DNA from: Callorhinchus milii | Lineage: Eukaryota | Reading direction: 5' to 3' | Assembly (NCBI RefSeq): GCF_018977255.1 | Contig: NW_024704743.1 | Coordinates: 103,108,001 to 103,172,000, forward strand | DNA: 64,000 nucleotides | Part shown: in pieces, positions 62,206 through 64,000 of the stretch | Layout of the letters: every line of letters begins with the position of its first letter | Position numbering within the stretch: the first letter of the stretch is position 1 | Notes under the pieces: generated by a model | The model's input: only the letters and a program-made list of their open reading frames with translations | The model's database searches: none | What the model was told of the DNA's origin: nothing | Made by a program: the position numbers and the translations under genes

Positions 62206-62639
62206 TTATGGAAAGACCATGATAGAAATTTATAGTTATTAGCTTCAGTGGAAAAACTGGCACCAGTTTAGTTTTTAGTTCCTTGAGCCTAATGGACTTC
62301 TTTCTTCAGCATCTATGATTCTAGTCTATATTCTTGGTTTGTATTTAAAGGCTGATTGATGATCACAGTTTGTTCCTTGTCACGGTAAACACCAGTGTTA
62401 GTTGTTGATAAATGTTAAATCACAAAGGTGTTACTGTTCACACAATGCAAAGCTTTGATCATCCATCACACCTTTTTGTTTTTCACAAGGCTTGAATATG
62501 TTTTATATTACATGTATTATATGATTCCCCCTCCCTCTCCGCCTGGCTTGGGGTCTGACTGTTAAATGCTCCAGGGCTATAGTGAAGGACACTATATAAA
62601 TGCAAGTTGTTGCTGTTGTATATTTGATGTATTATATCT

Positions 62640-63776
62640 CCACTAACGTCTTCTCCTTCAACCCCCACACGGTCACGTGTGGCGTCCCTCAGTGTTCTGT
62701 CCTTGGCCCCCTCTTTTTCAACATTTACAAGCTCCCTCTTGGTGGCATGAGCCGTAGACATGGGGTCAAATTCCACATGTATGCAGATGACAACCAACTC
62801 CACCTCTCCGCCTCCACCCTCAACTCCAGACCACGGCTGTCCTCAGAGTATCTGTCAGACATCAAATCCACGGCTGTCCTCAGAGTATCTGTCAGACATC
62901 AAATCCTGGATGAGAGCAAACATCCTCCATGTCAACAAGACCGAAGCCCTCCTGCTTGGCTCCTGTCAGCGCCTCCATTCCTTGGGCGCTAGCAGCATCA
63001 TCCTTCATGGATGCACTCTACACCTCGCGGGGCCAATATGGAACCTCAGTATCTTGTTCAACATTCAACTGTCCTTCATCCCTCACATCCTTCCCATGAC
63101 CTGCTCCACCTTTCCCAATCTCTGCAACATTGTCCAGCTCCGCCACTGTCTCTCACCCCAAAACCTTCATCCACGTATTCATCACATCCAGGCTCAACTA
63201 CGCAAACTCCATGCTTATCGGCCTTCCCAACTCCTCCCTCCACAGGCTGCAGATCATCCAGAACTTTGCAGCCTTCTCCCGCACCAGGCTCTGCGACCCT
63301 ATCACCCTATCCTCGTCTGGCTACACTGGCTCCCCATTACTCAGAGGATACAATTCAAGTTTTTGATCCTCACTTCAAAGCCTTCTGTAGCCTTCTATTC
63401 CCTACCTCTGTGAACTCTTAACCCTCTACCAACCTGTCCATTCCCTCCGCTCAGCGAGCTCCGGCCTCCTTCACATCCCTGGCCTTGCCTATCCCACCAT
63501 TTGCGGGTGGGCCTTCAGCCTCTTTGCCCCCACCCTCTGGAACTCCATCCCACAGTTTCTGTACTTTGCCCACCCCCTTGCCTCTCTCAAGACCCGTCTC
63601 AAGATCCTCTTCGTCGACCATGCCTTTGGTCACCCTCCTACCCCCACAACCCCCTGCCCTCCATCCCTCCTGATCTCAACCACCAGATCGGGTGCGGATC
63701 CCTGACTGTCCAGCACCTTGGGATATCCTCCTGACGTGAGAGGTGCTAAACAAATGTAATTTTGTTATTGTTATTA
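62640..63776 (+). mobile_element. L2, 5'-truncated and disrupted; preceded by another L2 tail (62525-62620)
   Basis: [23 protein letters not shown]...HMYADDNQL...LHWLPITQRIQFKFL, 3' hairpin gggatatcctcctgacgtgagagg and a ttgttattg tail. Confidence 0.93.
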
Positions 63777-63804
63777 TGAATACAAAAAATTACATATTTA
63801 ATAA

Positions 63805-64000
63805 TTTTCCAATGTACTCCTCGACCGTCTCTCTGACTCTACTATCCATTAAATGCAACTAATTCAAAACTCCACCACTTGTACACTCACCCGCACTAAA
63901 CTCCGTATCCCAACAACCCATCCTTGCTAGACTCCACATCACAGAATGAATTGAGTTCAAGATCCTCACGCTCGCCTACAAATCTCTTCACATCCTGGGA
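63805..64000 (+). mobile_element. Degraded L2 ORF2 C-terminal fragment running off the window
   Basis: caactaattcaaaactcc (QLIQNS) and gagttcaagatcctcacgctcgcctacaaatctcttcac (EFKILTLAYKSLH). Confidence 0.8.

Overview
Vertebrate genomic DNA, most likely from a cartilaginous fish (inferred from the repeat families; the species cannot be fixed from sequence alone). The only host coding sequence I can support is one 208-bp minus-strand exon (19153-19360) encoding most of a CUB domain of a CSMD-family gene, best matching CSMD3, so the rest of the window is read as two long introns. These introns are packed with non-LTR retroelements. There are several L2 and CR1 LINE families, all truncated or disrupted, and two tRNA-derived SINE families sharing a Deu-like 3' half and an L2-type tail: an older SacSINE1/DeuSINE-like family 'S' and a younger tRNA-Ala(TGC)-headed family 'A'. 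A Penelope-type palindrome and an old inverted-repeat element are also present. Nearly all long ORFs in the track are LINE fragments or their antisense shadows. I cannot demonstrate a new biological system. The most unusual signals concern retrotransposition mechanics: a four-level same-strand L2 nest with a target-site duplication (TSD) at every level (24.0-27.4 kb), a four-tail L2/SINE concatemer inside one TSD (54.0-54.5 kb), loop switching in the shared SINE/L2 3' hairpin, repeated insertion of young L2 ends into older L2/SINE copies, and a perfect 55-bp palindrome around a hammerhead-like remnant. Boundaries of degraded repeats are approximate.
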